NCBI GenBank assembly: GCA_015680685.1
Contig: MNCI01001451.1
Location: 737,228-801,227 of the forward strand
Direction of reading: 5' to 3'
DNA: 64,000 nt
From: Gnetum montanum
Taxonomy: Eukaryota > Plantae > Gnetophyta
The notes below the pieces were generated by a model that saw only the letters and a program-made list of their open reading frames with translations, ran no database searches and was not told the DNA's origin. Of this stretch, positions 24,018 through 38,800 are shown piece by piece. Position numbers and translations under genes: made by a program. The first letter of the stretch is position 1; each line of letters begins with the position of its first letter.

Positions 24018-24022
24018 TTTTC

Positions 24023-25501
24023 TGTACTGTCCGAAATCATCGATCTCCGGTTAGAATGAAATAGAAACCTGGAGATCCTTGGACAAGCATAAAAGACCCT
24101 ACCTTCGCTTGAGGGCAAGTTGGAATTAACGAAGGCAGAGTACCTTGAGTGGCCTGCACGCGAATCAGACAAGGATTTTCCCAAACGTACACCGATATAC
24201 TGTGCGCTGGGTTATGCGTAAATGGCATAACTAATGTAAAACAGAGCGTAAACGTACAAGAATGTAAATGACAAGCATACAGTAATGAACGAAAACTGTA
24301 ACAAATCTTAGCAAAAGAAATTTGGCAATATTATTGCAAAACAGAAGGTTACAATGCACCAGTCTAACGTAGTTGTGAATTTGTCACAAGGCGGACGAAG
24401 AGCCCCGGTGGATGCTGAGGGATGAAAGTGTGCCAGTTTGAACTGCAAGCATAGCGTGAAGGCTGTATGCTCAGCGTGCAGGGTTGAAGTCCAACGTATA
24501 GGATGCAGGGTTCTAGATTTTCTCATTATGGGTTGCTCGAATTTTTGCCCAGATGCCTCCAATTTTTCCAACCCTGATCTGGTCAAAAGTCGGGGTTTTT
24601 ATACAAGTTTAGACGTTAGAATCAGATTTGAGAGGGGATGATTGGCTGTGGAGTGCTGGACTCTCGGGTCGGGTGACATGTGGCGCATTGACCGAGTGCA
24701 AAAGAATGAAATTTTACAAGTGTACAGTGTGCTGCACGCCAATGTATACACGTTGGGCGTGTGAACTTGGTGTACAAACTTGATTAAAACAAAAGAAGTC
24801 ATTCGGCCTTCGGATTTGAATTCGGATGTCACGAGAATGCTGCATGTGGATGTTCAGTTTGGTTGGCCTTGATCTGACACGGTTCTGGAAAGCTTTGATT
24901 GGTATACGTTGTGCCACACACTGGGCGTACACATTGTACATGCTAGGCGTATACGCTGGGCGTCCACCCTAGGCGTACACATTGTACATGTTGGGCGTAC
25001 AGGATGTACATGCTGAGCGTATATGCTAGGCGTACACGCTGTTCATACTTAGCGTATGAACTCCAAAGTGCATGATGTCGAGACCAAAATTCGACTTTCT
25101 GGAGCCCATGATGACACCTGATAATTGCTCTGTTCCTGCGAGTTGATGCCTTGTACAAAATCTTGCTATGAAGTGCCGTTTTCATGCCGTCTTTGGGATC
25201 GCATGCTGGGCGTACACGTCAATCATACGTGCTAAACGTACATGTGAGGCATGCACGCTGGGCATATACGCTGGGCTTATACGCTGGGAGTGTATGCTGC
25301 ATACTGCATACTTAGTGAAAACCCAATATCTTGAGCTCCGAAGTCGCCATGTTTGATGCCAAATGTCGCCATGGTCGTTTGAGGGTCCCAGGGAACCGTT
25401 TCTTATTGAGTTCGACTCTGCTTGAAGCTGTCTGTGGGGCCCTCAAGCTTCAGTCATGACGGGGAGCGTCATGACTTAGCTCGACTCTTGTTGGAGAAGT
25501 A
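24023..25501 (-). repeat. 5' LTR, outer end truncated by about 27 bp
   Basis: Collinear with 6791-8339. Similarity stops at ...gactcttgttggagaagta, and LINE ORF1 resumes. Confidence 0.92.
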
Positions 25502-26600
25502 GGGGAGGTGGTGGTCATGAGGTGACTTTGGGGGGGGGGTTGGTTGGACGGGGGGCGCATTCGTCCTTTGTATCCCATGGTGACCCAGTTGCCCCCCTCG
25601 AACAATTGTCGAGCCGGGTCTCTCGGCCACGTCCTATGAAATCGACATTCCGCTTCAAGGTGTCTGGGCTTCTCGCAACACCCGCACCGGTCCGGCCTAC
25701 TCGCCTGGTGGTCCATACCACGCGTCAGGGTAGGATTCGCTCCCAGGTTCTCGAACATGACTTGGAGGGTTTCCTCCCCCCCGGGGAGTTCCAGTACCAT
25801 CGCCCGGACGAGGTCGGTCTCCGACAGATTGCGCCAAACGTAGAAACGTGCGAAGCCCATTCTCTCCATCGACTATGTAACGTGGTCGAAAGTAATAAAG
25901 TCACCGAAAAACCCTGCCACCTCCATCAGGAACTCGAGGTTCCAGAGTTCCCAAGGGATGCCGGCCACCCACACCCAGACCGGGGCCCGGGCGAACAAGT
26001 TGACCTCTCAGTGGGCCCCAGGATACCATGGGGTTAGGGCGAGCCCTCGGGCCCCGTAGAACCATGGGCCATCGAACAACATTGAATCTTTGGCCTGCAG
26101 GGAGGGGAGAATGAAGAGGAGCAGATCCTCAGAAAGGCTTCGAACATCAACTTCCCCCACCTTCCACTGTTCCTTCACCCACCCACGGATGAGGTCCAGC
26201 CGTGGGCAGGCCCCTTGGAAAATGAAGCGGCCAATGAGGCTTCTTTCCATAGTGCAGACACCCTCGGAGGGGGGGTGGTGGACTCGCAATCACAAGGTGT
26301 GGTCACTGCGGGAGTGGGCCGCGATGGTACCACTTGGTTTCTCAGCCCCCACACCAACGCGACCATCCCCAGCAGCAGTGGTTACTACAGTCGCTGCGTC
26401 AGTTGCTGCTCCAACTGTGGTGGAGGTTGTTGTTGTTGTTGTTGCTCCTGCAGTGGTTGCCGCGCCTATTGCAGCGTCGCCTGTTGTTGCTGCTGCCGTC
26501 GCCGCTACGTCTGCTTTTGCTGTTGCTGCGCCGGTTGCTGTTGTTGTTGCTACGCGGGTTGCTATTGCTGCTGCTGCTGTTGAAGCTTCCATAGCTGTTC
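25502..26600 (-). mobile_element. LINE copy A 5' part: ORF1 (Ala/Thr low-complexity N-terminus, DUF4283/RRM-like, CCHC knuckle), pseudogenised
   Basis: ATG at 26592. SLIGRF...WVKEQW...LFDGPWFYGARGLALTPW, PVWVWVAGIPWELW, FARFYV, CGCCEKPRHLEAEC; one frame with premature stops. Confidence 0.88.
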
Positions 26601-27853
26601 TAAAGTTCGCCCAATCATTTAATATGTTTTAATAATATTTTAATTACACTCTAGAAAATGTAAAGCTATTTGCACTTTTGTCATCTAACACATTGTAGGG
26701 TTGAGTCTGAGGAGAAGTCGTACCATTTTCAAAAAACATTTCTTAATGTTGCATACTAGCTCAAGAAACAAACTGTCTTTTTGATGAGGACTGCCCTCAT
26801 ATAAACTATGTTTGGAAAAACTTACACGTTTATTAATCATAGCAATGAAAAACTTCAGTTGTGTACACAACTGGTAAAACTCATTCAATCTTAAAATGCA
26901 AAACTTAGTAAAATTTTGCCAGAATTCTCACCCATCCTATAGGACATCCCCAACACATGTACATCCCTGATGAATCCAGAATGCAGAGAGGATTGGATTA
27001 TTACTCAAAAGTTGTAATGAGCATAGAAATTGTATAAAGGTAGAAAAATATAAAGTCTATACATTCAATATGCTTTCCTTGGCATATTTTAACATAGTTT
27101 CCTTGGTTCCGAATATTATTAAAATATAGTATTTTAATGTTCATCTTCTTCCCTCCAACTCCACATTTCCAAAATCGATTCAACCTCCCAAACTCATCCA
27201 GAAAGACGTTTTTCTAGATCTAGACATTCTGTAATGTAATGCATAGATATTTCCAATGTACTCACTAATGCAGCAATGCTTGCCAGCGTTTCATCACTTT
27301 GCATCCTCAATTTGTAAGAAGTTCAAAGTCAAGTCAAGATACACTCATAAGAGTTCAATGTCGTCAACTTACATGGATACATATTTTCAGCATGAAGCAT
27401 AAGCTAGAAACCAATATCGTATTTTTGAATTCAGTGACCTCAGAAATAATATTTATTTTTTACTTTTGATTAATATTTTCTTGTATTTTTAAAGAGGGTT
27501 TTCTCCTTCTCTTTACAAGAAACCCTTTAGTAAGAATTCAAAACTCATGAGGATGCTTTTGAATAAGGACAAGGCCTAATCCTTTTCCTAGATTGGAGGG
27601 GAGATTTTTTAGGATTGGTTGGACAAATGAAAACCTGAAAAGGCATCCCCAAAACCGTTGGATGGTTTCGTTAGACTTTCCCTTGAATGGTTTGATGTAC
27701 TTTGAAATTTTCTAATATTATCATTCATTTCTTTGGGGGTCCAACATCCCCCTCCCCCTTCCTCCCCCCCATCCACCCACAAAAAAAAAAAGGCCTAGTG
27801 GTTGCTGGTCATAGGTTGACGAACCTTAGAGTTAGTTAGGTAAATAAAAGACT

Positions 27854-28786
27854 TGTAGGCAAATGATTGATTATGAGTACTTGTGGCAATGTTACACATG
27901 CTGCACTGAGTGTAGATATGTTAGCAACCACATGGGTTATGTGTATATATCTTGGTTGGTATAGTGACCACATGGGTTATGTGTATACATGTTGGTATAG
28001 TGATCACATGGGTTTTATGTAAATGTTGGTATTACCTTATGAGCCATAGTAGTTATAGATGTATATTGTGATTACTCTATATATGTTTGCTTTGTGTGAT
28101 GATTGATATCTAGGATTGTGTGTTGGCTAAGAGTTCACTTGGTATAGATTATATTCATAGTATGTGTGATATTATATTTGCATGGGTTACTTAGAGCATG
28201 TGATATTGTATATGCATGTGTTACTTAGTGCGCATATGAGATTGACTATTGATGCAGGTTACTCTGTACCCCATTCCTCTCCTCTAGTGTAGCACTTGTT
28301 GGCCATCTAGTAGAGAAATTGCAAAGGCTTTCCACTTAGTTCTATACTGATATTATTTATTTACAGGTGGGGATAGTAAGGGTGTAGAAGAACACTAAGA
28401 GGTTTAAGGAGAGGAATGTTTATGGGGATTGTTTGATGTATATTTCCATATACAAATGTATAGTTTTCTGTAGACTATTGATATTTGCATGACCTAGGCA
28501 ATAGTATCATGTCTATATGTATATGTTGTGTGTATACCATGAGAGTAGTACAGGCTTTTGGTTTATGTAGAGACATGCAACAATGTAACTCGATGTGTTT
28601 GCTTGACCTTTGATTTGAAATGGTTGTGCACAACTTGATGTTACGAGAATTATGCATCATGTGGTTTATTCTTAATGTCTTTCCATGTAGTGCAGATTCC
28701 CAATTTGTCATGCTTCCATTGTGTTATTGTTGGCAATCCTAGACATCACTTTATCCTAGTTTGGTGTGGTAGGGCAAGGTGTTACA
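27854..28786. mobile_element. Possible LTR-like/solo-LTR remnant
   Basis: TGT...GGTGTTACA ends and internal repeats of catgggttatgtgtata; no target-site duplication found. Confidence 0.3.
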
Positions 28787-29894
28787 ATTACCCAAAGACT
28801 CAATACTCATCTCATCAAGGTAGGGCCTTAAGAGGGCTGATGGATGAACAAAAGCCTAATCTCTTTTCACGTGGTTATGCCTAGGATTAAAGTTAGGTGT
28901 AATCACTTGAGAAGCAAGCACCTTACCATTGCTCCAAATAGTGGCTCTTAAATTTTAGATATATATTATAAATATATAGCTAAACTAGAATTTAGTGTTA
29001 TGGAATTGGGATCAAAACTTTTTATTGATAATATTTATCTAAAAATGTAATGATGTGTGAAGTGAATTAGTAACATCTTTCTTAACAAACTAATGAGCTA
29101 ACCATTTTAAACAACCTATCACTAGTAATTAGACAAAACAAAAATTTCATTGTAAAAACAATAATTATAACACTAATTTGGGTTTCAATGCTCTATTAAG
29201 AGTTTCTTTTATTATAGAATTAAATTTCCATTAAAAAAAAGTCCTCCTTGTCTTTTAGTGATATCATTATGTAACTATCACGTAGGAAAAAATCATTGTG
29301 AAATCGTTCACCTAAATCACCGTCAAATCCTCCACTTTTCCGTTACCTTTAAGAGTCAGCCCAGCCTACAACCTTCATGAGCACAACACTTTTTTTTTAA
29401 TAGCCCCGTTAGCGATGTAAATTGAACCGAGCAATGTAATTTGTTGGGTCTCTATCCATGGTAGTTCTTTTCCCCATGTACAGTAGAAGTCCATATCATT
29501 TTTGGGTACGTCAGAAGCAATGTTGGAATTTGGAGATTCAATCAATTGTATATATGCATTTTGCGTACAATATGGCAAGCTACTTGTATATGGTATAGGC
29601 TAGTGCATTTTCTCTGAAAAATTCCGACCCTGGTCGGAAGTGGAAATCAGACTATTGACCTTTGTCCCTATAAACGCATGCTGAATGTTTTATTAACTGC
29701 ATTTCATCTCAGGATCCGCTTTCGCAGTTGTCCCCTTCTCCGAATTAGGCTAGCTAGCAGTGGAACATTCTTCTTGCAGGGATAAGTTTTGTTTTCTTGT
29801 ACATTTATACAGGATTTTTCAGAACAAACAAATCTGCAGCAGTATATTTATTTATAAATCTGTTATTGAAGGTGGAGGGATCTTTTACAAGTAG

Positions 29895-32800
29895 ATGACT
29901 ATCCAGTGTTTGGTTTTAGGTAATGATTGTGACTGTTGCTTACATTGTATTGAGTTTTAAAAATTTCAAAATTAAATTTTCATGATATTCTGTTTTCATG
30001 GATGAAGGTGCTGGTCAGGAAGTAGGAAAAAGCTGCGTAGTGGTTACCATAGGAACCAAAACAATCATGTTTGATTGTGGGATGCATATGGGCTTCCACG
30101 ACCATCGTCGATATCCTGATTTTAAGAAAATTCCAAAAAGCGGAAATTACACTGATCGCATTTCATGTGTAATAGTGACTCATTTGTAAGCTCACTGAAG
30201 GAAAATTTTGCTTACTTGCATGAGATAGTTTGACTGCTTTTCTCTTTATTCTAATCCCATGTTGTCTTGCCATGCAGTCATTTGGATCATATAGGGGCCC
30301 TACCTTATTTCACGGAAGTTCTTGGTTACGATGGACCCATATATATGACTGTAAGCCAACATACTATCTTGCTGTTCCTTTTATTTCATTACATTTAGAT
30401 TATTTTTAAGAAGGATTATCTTGTTCTTTTGAAAGCTAAGATGCTTAATCTTGTTATTCAAATTTTCCGCCATTTTCATATGCACTGCAAGTCTGCAACT
30501 CGTGATTATGACTAGCAATTAGTTCCTGCTGTTGAATGCTCCATATTATAGTATACAAATCCATTCCACCAATTTAAATGCACATATACTAGTCAATAGA
30601 TCTGGGAAAATATAAATATTTTAACAAACATTACAGTCTACATCAAGTTTAAATTAGATTGCATCGGTGACTGAGCATTGCTAGCCACCTGCAAGTTTCA
30701 AGTTTCAAATGCGTAGACACTATTGAAGCATCATAACGCTATCATAGTAGTAATAATCATCTTCATAAAGAACAGACGTCAGGAGGGGAAAATCACTTTT
30801 AACTGAGCTAGTATAAATTGACTTTCCATTGACTTCAAATTACCATTACCAAACCTTCTAGTCCCTATAGTTTTTACATGAACAAATTACTTACAACTAA
30901 AACAAGTGCTAGCTTAGGATTGTTATTAACAACCTTACCAATATAACGAACATTGTATGACATATATAGTGTTTATGTTAGTTGGCTTAAAAATCCATTT
31001 TAACCTTAATGAACATTTATTTTAGCAATGATTAAAAAAGCGGGTGAAATAATTTTTCGCTTGTTGAAAAAATAAAAAAAATTTAAAAGTTGGCATATTT
31101 GAAAATGCAATATTTTGAAGTTTTAATTGCACATCATATAAATATGCCTAATAAATATAATCAATATAATTAAAGATACATAAACTAAAAAAACATATTA
31201 ACAAAGAACATAATCAATATGTAAAGTTGCACTGTACATTACTATAAGCTTAAACACTATTAAGGTTCATTTGATAATGCATACTACATTAATGTCTAAT
31301 TGCAAAATATTCATAATATATGGAACATAAAGCAACAAAGTAACTATGAATCAAATGCATGTGTTGGTATGTTTGGTGTAACTCCATCTTTGTTTCCCTT
31401 GAACTTTCTTCTATGAAATTCAGCTTCTTGAATTGTTTCTTCAGAATCTACTCTAGTAGCTCAAAATGCCTCAGCATCTTGCTCTATTTCTAAATATTCA
31501 TTATGGGTATCAAAAGCTTCTAAAATTTACATCAAATGATACAGCAGCTGCTTTAGCCATGTCATTTTCATCCCTGTTAGGAATATGATAATCATCACTA
31601 TCTTTCACTATTAGAGTCATCATCTTCTACAAGATTAACATTAAGATCATCATTATCATCATTAATTTGTACATTATAAACCCTTTGAGATTTAGGAGTA
31701 GAAAAGGAAGCTTGTTAATTAATATTTATTAAAGTTTTTAACTTAAATAAAGATTGAGGGATTTTGAATTCAAAATTTTTCAATTGAAATACATTAGAGA
31801 TATTTTATTATATTTGAATTTTTTGAAAAAGTTGCCATTTTTGGTTACTTTTTCAAAAAATTTAGCTATGCTATTTTATTTTAAAAAGTCAGCCGAAAAT
31901 AATGAAAAAGTCTACAACTTTTCTTGAAGTGGTGAAAAATCATTGACTTTTTAATAACTGCATTTTACACACTTATATTTGGGTTAGTTTTCTGCTCCAA
32001 AATATTTTATTAGAAATTAACATGTTGGAACTTTGAATAAGATTGACAATATTTATTACCTGATCTTTTCTGATGAAGGGTTTGGTGTCTGCATTATCAA
32101 GTAAGTATGTCATGGGTTGGTGTATTATTTTCTAAGATCACTTTTAATGTGCGCTATTCCACTTTGGTCTGTGGGATGCTGCAGTATCCTACAAAGGCAT
32201 TGGCACCGTTGATGTTGGAAGACTACAGAAAAGTGATGGTAGATAGACGTGGAGAAGAGGAGCAATTTAGTTTTCATCAAATTCAGCAATGCATAAAGAA
32301 AGGTTCTAATATTTTCTTAATTCATCAAGTGCTTTTTGTATTGAAAAAATTGGTTCTTCTAATGCACTGTTTTATGCTTGGATCTCAGCATGACACATTT
32401 TCCTTCTCCTAAAATATCCATTATAATTAAATCATACATTTAATTTTTCATAGCATCTGTCAATCATTAACTGAATCTATTGTTTTCTGATGCTGGCATT
32501 CCTTTCTTTTATCAAAATCAACCTTTGCCACCGATACACAACCTCCAGGGTTTATTTCTAGTCCTTTCAATATTGATGTAAGCTACAAAAATGATAAGTA
32601 GCATATTTTCCATTGTTGCAGTTGGAGGCATACCTTATTGATTTGTTATTCATAGTATTGCTTTGCATGCATTTTCAAGTAGTTGATCACAATGATGCTT
32701 TGCATTAAAAGAGAATGTGTCTTTAAAGCATTTTAATGAGTTTACTAAATGTTTCCAAATTATATTTGTTTGTATGCAGTTACAGCTGTAGATTTGAAGC

Positions 32801-35800
32801 AAACTGTTCAAGTTGATTCTGATCTTAAAATTCAAGCTTATTATGCAGGGCATGTATGTTTTTGTGGTCTCTTGTGAAATTGTTATCTCTATGTTTTCTA
32901 TAAAATTTTGAGGTTAGTTTGATATTGGATGTCCCGATCTGTCTGGTGTAAATTGTACTTTTCTTAGTACCTTTTTTTTGGGTGCCTTGTATTAGCAAGT
33001 CTTATAACAATGGAGTTCCTTGTCTTAAGAAAATTGACATGGTGCGATAGAGATGCAAATCCATCTACAACTTCACAAATTACATGATTCACTTCTAGAG
33101 CTAGGTTGTATGATTTTTTTTTTTTTGAAGTATAAAATTTTTCTACTGAAAAGATTGGGCATTCTGCTTCTTGCAAATAACTAAAAGGGTTTATATTCTT
33201 AGGTTTATCTTGGACATTTGTCTTATGCTTGATGAGTTTAAATGTATTTGAATATAGCATTGTGTTTATTGTGCAGGTTCTTGGAGCTGCTATGTTCTAT
33301 GTTAAGAGTGGCAATAGCAGTGTTGTCTATACAGGTGATTACAATATGACTCCTGATAAACATTTAGGAGCTGCTAAGATAGATCGGCTTTTCCCTGATC
33401 TCCTTATAACAGAGTAAGTCTATTGCTTCTAGCAGTTCCATATTCTTTTAATGCTTTGGGTAACATGCTTGTATTTTCACAAATTTATATGCAAGTTCTG
33501 ATATGGCTGCATCTTGATGCCTTCAAGTCATAATCAACTAAACTTATAGGAATTGAATGGTTCCACGTTGTCTAGGCCACTTAGCTTATCCTTAAAAATC
33601 TCTGTATACATACATACATACAAAGTGTAATCTAGGACACAAAAAGGAAAATTGTATTGAGAAATTTATGCTTTATTTTGGGAGAGACACATGTAATACA
33701 TGTTTGTTGTGACAACATTTGTAAGAATGTTGTAATGGCTAGTTGTGCTAATATGTTTTTACTTTTAAAATTGCAGATCAACATATGCAATTTCAGTTCG
33801 TGATTCAAAACATGCACGTGAAAGAGAATTCCTCAAAGCTGTACAAGTTTATATCATTTTTGCTTGTTCTTTTACTTTTTGACATATTTTTTGTTTGAAA
33901 GCTCAGAGTTACTAGTCAATGAATGAAAGTTGAAAATGTAGATACCCTTATTCAATTTGTGTTTACAGATTTTAAACTATTATTTTCGTGGAAATTTTTT
34001 AGCATGCTCTTCTTTTTTATAAGTGATCTTTTTAAAAATATTTCTTAAGTTATTTGTTTCTCATTTTTTTGAAAATCTGTTTCTCATTGATGTTAACATT
34101 TTTTTCTGCCCAATCATTGATGTCCGTTAATTTTTTGTCAAACTAATATTTGTGACCTTGTTTTAAGTAATTGTAAGTTGTTATGTTATATTCTTTTAGC
34201 CATTGAAGCCAAGTATTGGTATGGTTATAGGTTTAATTGGACCATGCATGAACAATCAAACCCAAAACCATGATTAAACCTACATCACACATCTCCAATT
34301 CCAGGCATAAGAGGTAAGAAAGTTGAATACCACTAAAAATATTTCTAATTAATGCATGAAATATCAAAATACATCAAAAGACAAAGTAAAAGGATGCTGA
34401 GATCGGAAAGAATACCAAAGGTGAAAGCACTTTGAACACACAATCCAAGGATCTATGGAATTATTGAGCCTCCTATGCACACTAAACCTCATAACACTCA
34501 ACAATGGATGAAAGGCATGAGGCCTAGCATCCCTTACTATCCTCATCCACACAATTGCTTCTAGAGCACTACTCTTTCTCTAAGAAATCCTCAGTTGTGA
34601 CAAAAAGCTTCCAATTCATTGTCAATTTTGCCTTTTATAACTGTTGTCAATATTTTTTGAACGTTGCACATTGAAAACATTTTTTATAAAGTGTTGGGCA
34701 ATATATTGTGAGCAATTGCAAGTTGCACCTCCTTGCAGTCCCAATGTGATTGCAACCTCATGTAGGTCTCACCCTTTAGCGGCCACTTGAAGGTGCCAAA
34801 ATTGAGATGCAACTTCCTTCTTAGTGCAAGGGGACTATGAGTTGTAGTCCCTTTCAAGCCTAGAAAAACCAGCAGCTTCTTTTTACCAGGGCAAGGACAA
34901 TGTGGCTTGCAATTAGACTTGGAGCCCATTCTTGAGAGCAATCCTCATTTTCAATGTGTGTGGTTGGGTGCCACAGCCTCTAGCAGTCTTCTGGGCTGAT
35001 TGTGACCTCCTGCAAGTTGCACAACCTCACAGTTCCTTGTCCAAGCCCAAAACTTCATCAAAAATCAACTTTGGGCTCATTGTGAGCCATTGTGAGTTGC
35101 ACAAATTCACAACTTGAATTGTGACTGGTTGTGAGTTACACCTACCTTGCAGTTGCAAGATCAACTCCCAAAATACATCAATTGACCTCCAATTGAAGCC
35201 CATGTCAAGGGACATACTCCCTAAGATCCCTAAACCCTAGAAATGTAGGAAAATACAACTTTGATTTATGAGGTTTTCCTACACTAAGTATTCTCAAAAA
35301 GCATCTATAAAGAAGTCATACTTCCTAGAAATTTCCCTCTTCTACAGTGTAAATGTGTCAGGATTGGCTAAGTATAAACGAAAATCTTCTTGCCGAACTA
35401 AAATCAAGGTATATGAAAAAGCTCCTTTTAAGTTTTATTGTTAATTGCAGCTACTTTGAAGTTTCTTTGTTAATTGCAGTTCAAAGTGAAAATTAAAAGT
35501 GATTTCTAGATTGGCTTCCAACAATGAGTGAACCTTGCAGAATTTGTCACACCACTTTGACAATTTCTTTTTCTCTCTTTTCTTTTTGATTACACTAAAT
35601 AAAAATTTCAAAAACTTCAAACTGTTTCTGTACTCTTGCTATTTAAATTATTTTGATGGGTACTAATTTGCAAGCAGGAAAAGTACTAAAGACAGTTGAC
35701 AATTCTCTAAGGAATGCAAACATCCCATATTCCCTATAATGATTATGTGCTGAATTAATGGAATAAGTCAGGAAGGAGAGTTTATGGTAAATTTCCTACC

Positions 35801-38800
35801 TCAAGATGCATATGGCTAAAAGCTCGATAGGGCAATCCAGTTTAAGGTGAAATTCTACAACTATTGGTATCAAATATATTACGCAGCTGAAACAATGAAA
35901 AAACCAGGGAGAAAGAATACCAAGAACAAATAGGTACACTTTCAAGGATATACAAATCACAAGGGCCAAGTAACATGGCTTTCTTGCTTTTCTATGCATA
36001 TGGCAGAATTGCCCTATTTGGTTCTCTCCCAAATGTTGGATACAAGGGTGGATGGATAATAAAGGAAACATAGGTTTAAATAGAGGCAAGGTCATCTAGG
36101 GTTTCTTCTCATGCTAATTTCCAATGGGTAACTATGACTTAAAAATTATTTGGAATTAAAACATATTATCTTTCTAAATTTTTTTTTTGGAAAAATGTTC
36201 AAGCTGATATTAATCCAAAAAAAGAGGGAAAAATGTAGAAATGTATAGCATGGATCATCGCCCCTTGTCACCGAAATGCTTCAGCCACGTGATTGTGCCG
36301 TGAGGACCTATGCGCCATTGCAACATATGCCCCATCCATCACCCAATGCCTGAAAATCAACACCTAAACTCAAAAAGCAACGGAAGCCAAATAGATAGGG
36401 CCCTTGTGGAAGCCAAATACACAGGGCCCCCACGATAGCAAGAAGATTCATTCATTTCTTGTCCTCCCCCCGTGCGTGCACAGACAAGCCGCGCACCCCT
36501 AATGAGACGTGTCTAGTCCCGAACCATTGCACTCTGTGGTATTAGCCTGCCTAACCCACCCCATGACCTCAGCCCCCGCTGAAGTCCCTGATGCAGCTGT
36601 TGTAGTCATCGTTTGCTAAGCAGCGGCCCTCGGCCCAAGCACGACACATTGATTTTCCGCGAAGAGCTGTGCCAAGCCTGCATGGTGCTTGGTGAGCACA
36701 GCCTCCATCTAAAAATTAAAATAATATTTATCTCTTTTTCTCTAAAGTAGATTATTTTCCCTTAATGAGACTCAAACATGGGTATCTAAGGTCACTAAAT
36801 CCACGAAATCATGAGTTCAACTCCTCTAGCTCCACAACCTCCAAAATATAATTATTCTTATTGCTTTAGCGCATTAAATAGTTATTAAATGCATAATATT
36901 AGCCATAGCATGTAAATAATCATTCACATACACCATACTTGATGTAGAACCCTATGTGCTTTGGTCACTCCAACCCATGATACCTATCTAACAAAGCACA
37001 TAAGGTTATGCATATCATTTTGTTTTGGCCGGGAGGCCAACTACCAATCATAATCCTGTAATGCTAAGTTATATTTCATGTTTGACATGTGTTACGCCAC
37101 TGGAATATTTGGAAGATATATGGTAGACCTAAAACTACTCATTACAATGTAACAGTATACATGCTAAAGTACTTGAAGAAGACAAAGAACCTTGGGCTAG
37201 TATTCAAGCGAAATAATTAACTGATTGCAAGCATATTCAGACTCAGGCTATGCTGGATGTGTGGATACAAGATGATCAACATTAGGTTACTTGACTTTCT
37301 TGATATCTTCTAGTTTCTTGGAGATCAAAGAGGTAGAAGATAGTTGGAGATTCTTTAGTAGAAGCAAAATATAAAGGTGCCTTAGAAACAAGGAAGGAAG
37401 GAGGAAGAGTGGATGAGAAAGTTACTATCTTCATTGACCTTATGTGCATGGGGCCAATCAAAATGTTTGTAGATAATCAGTTTACAATTCACATGGCCAA
37501 GAACCCTATTGATTATAATTACACTAGACACATGGGTGCAAAGTTTTACAGGATATGTGAAACATGCCAACAGCTGAACATGTTGTAGATATTTTCATAA
37601 AGCCACCTTGCAAAGTGAAGTTTAAACAATTTAAAGATCTTATTGAAAATCCTACCTAGTTTAATATTTTTTCCCTCTCACACATTTTTTTTTAAATAAC
37701 TTACATATTTCTTAGTATGTTCTATGTTAATTTACAAGCTTATTGCCTTATATTTGTGTAAACCTTTTTTTTCTTTTTCTAAACTAGTTCTTTTTTTAAT
37801 TTTAGGAGTTTCTTTTCTTTTTTTAAATAATAGTTTTATCTATCTAAAACTAGTTGTTATATCTTTTAAAATTAATTTTCTTTTTCCCTTTTCTTTTTTC
37901 CTACAACTAGTTTTTGCTGTTGACATCTGAAATAGCCATTAATTGAAATGCTGTGCATGCTTTTGCTAATCCTTGAGAAATCAATTGCAATTGATGATGA
38001 ATATTGTATGATTTGAAACATCTTATGAAGAAATAATATGCAAGCTATGAATGGTACAATTCATAGTTTTGCTAGGACTAAGCAACACCTTACTCAGATG
38101 ATTGGATACTTGGGAGAATCAAGGTTGCTTAAGCCACCATTGTTAGTTTTTAGTATGCATTTGCATTTCACATATAGTTATTCTTCAAACACTAAGGTTT
38201 CCCTGAAAAATTTTTAATTTCATGTCATGTAGTTGTAGTTCCAAAACTTTCTAAACTTATAGGGAGGTGTGTTGACCTATATAAAAAGCATCACTATGTT
38301 TGGTAGTTTTAGTAGGTGAGTCTCATTTGTGGATTCCAAAAATCCTTTAACCCTAAAATGTCTTATAAAAAAGTGCTTCATCTACATGATGTATTGCATG
38401 AATTAGATTCATAGATTTGTTCTGAGTTGTTTCTATTGCATTCTACACATGCACAATTCTATGTGCAAGGCTGTTGTGCCATAAAAATCTTACAGCCAAA
38501 ATGAAAATAACAGTACCTTTTGCCCGCTGCCTATTCATCTTGTGTAAGGTGTAGTCATTGACATCTTGAAGGCTAGCATTCAAAGGTATATGAGCTTCAA
38601 AAAGCAGTTCAAGTCAGAGTATTTATTATCTCTATTATCTTTGTGTTAATGCCACATGTACAAAAGTAGGGCACTACATAAAATCCTGGAGTCAAGTGTT
38701 ATATGTTGTTTTGCATTACACTTCTTAATATCTACAATCTTAGCATGCATGTAAAATTGTAGAACTGAGTGTTAGTAGGTGACTGTTGCAACAAGCCTTT

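Larger units (their letters stand above)
6791..25501 (-). mobile_element. Ty3/gypsy LTR retrotransposon, Tat superclade (Ogre/Retand-type order gag-PR-RT-RH-aRH-INT), decayed
   Basis: Two LTRs of about 1.5 kb, tRNA-Asn PBS, PPT, and all pol domains including an additional archaeal-type RNase H between RH and INT. Confidence 0.95.

Noticed and set aside
26215-26594. Cys-rich, Leu-rich or Val/Ala-rich plus-strand ORFs (metallothionein-like look)
   Set aside because: Antisense readings of the trinucleotide tract at the LINE 5' end.
30915-31960. Possible hAT/MITE remnant in intron 3
   Set aside because: Only weak terminal similarity (ttgttattaac vs ttttaataactg), no TSD and no clear transposase motif.
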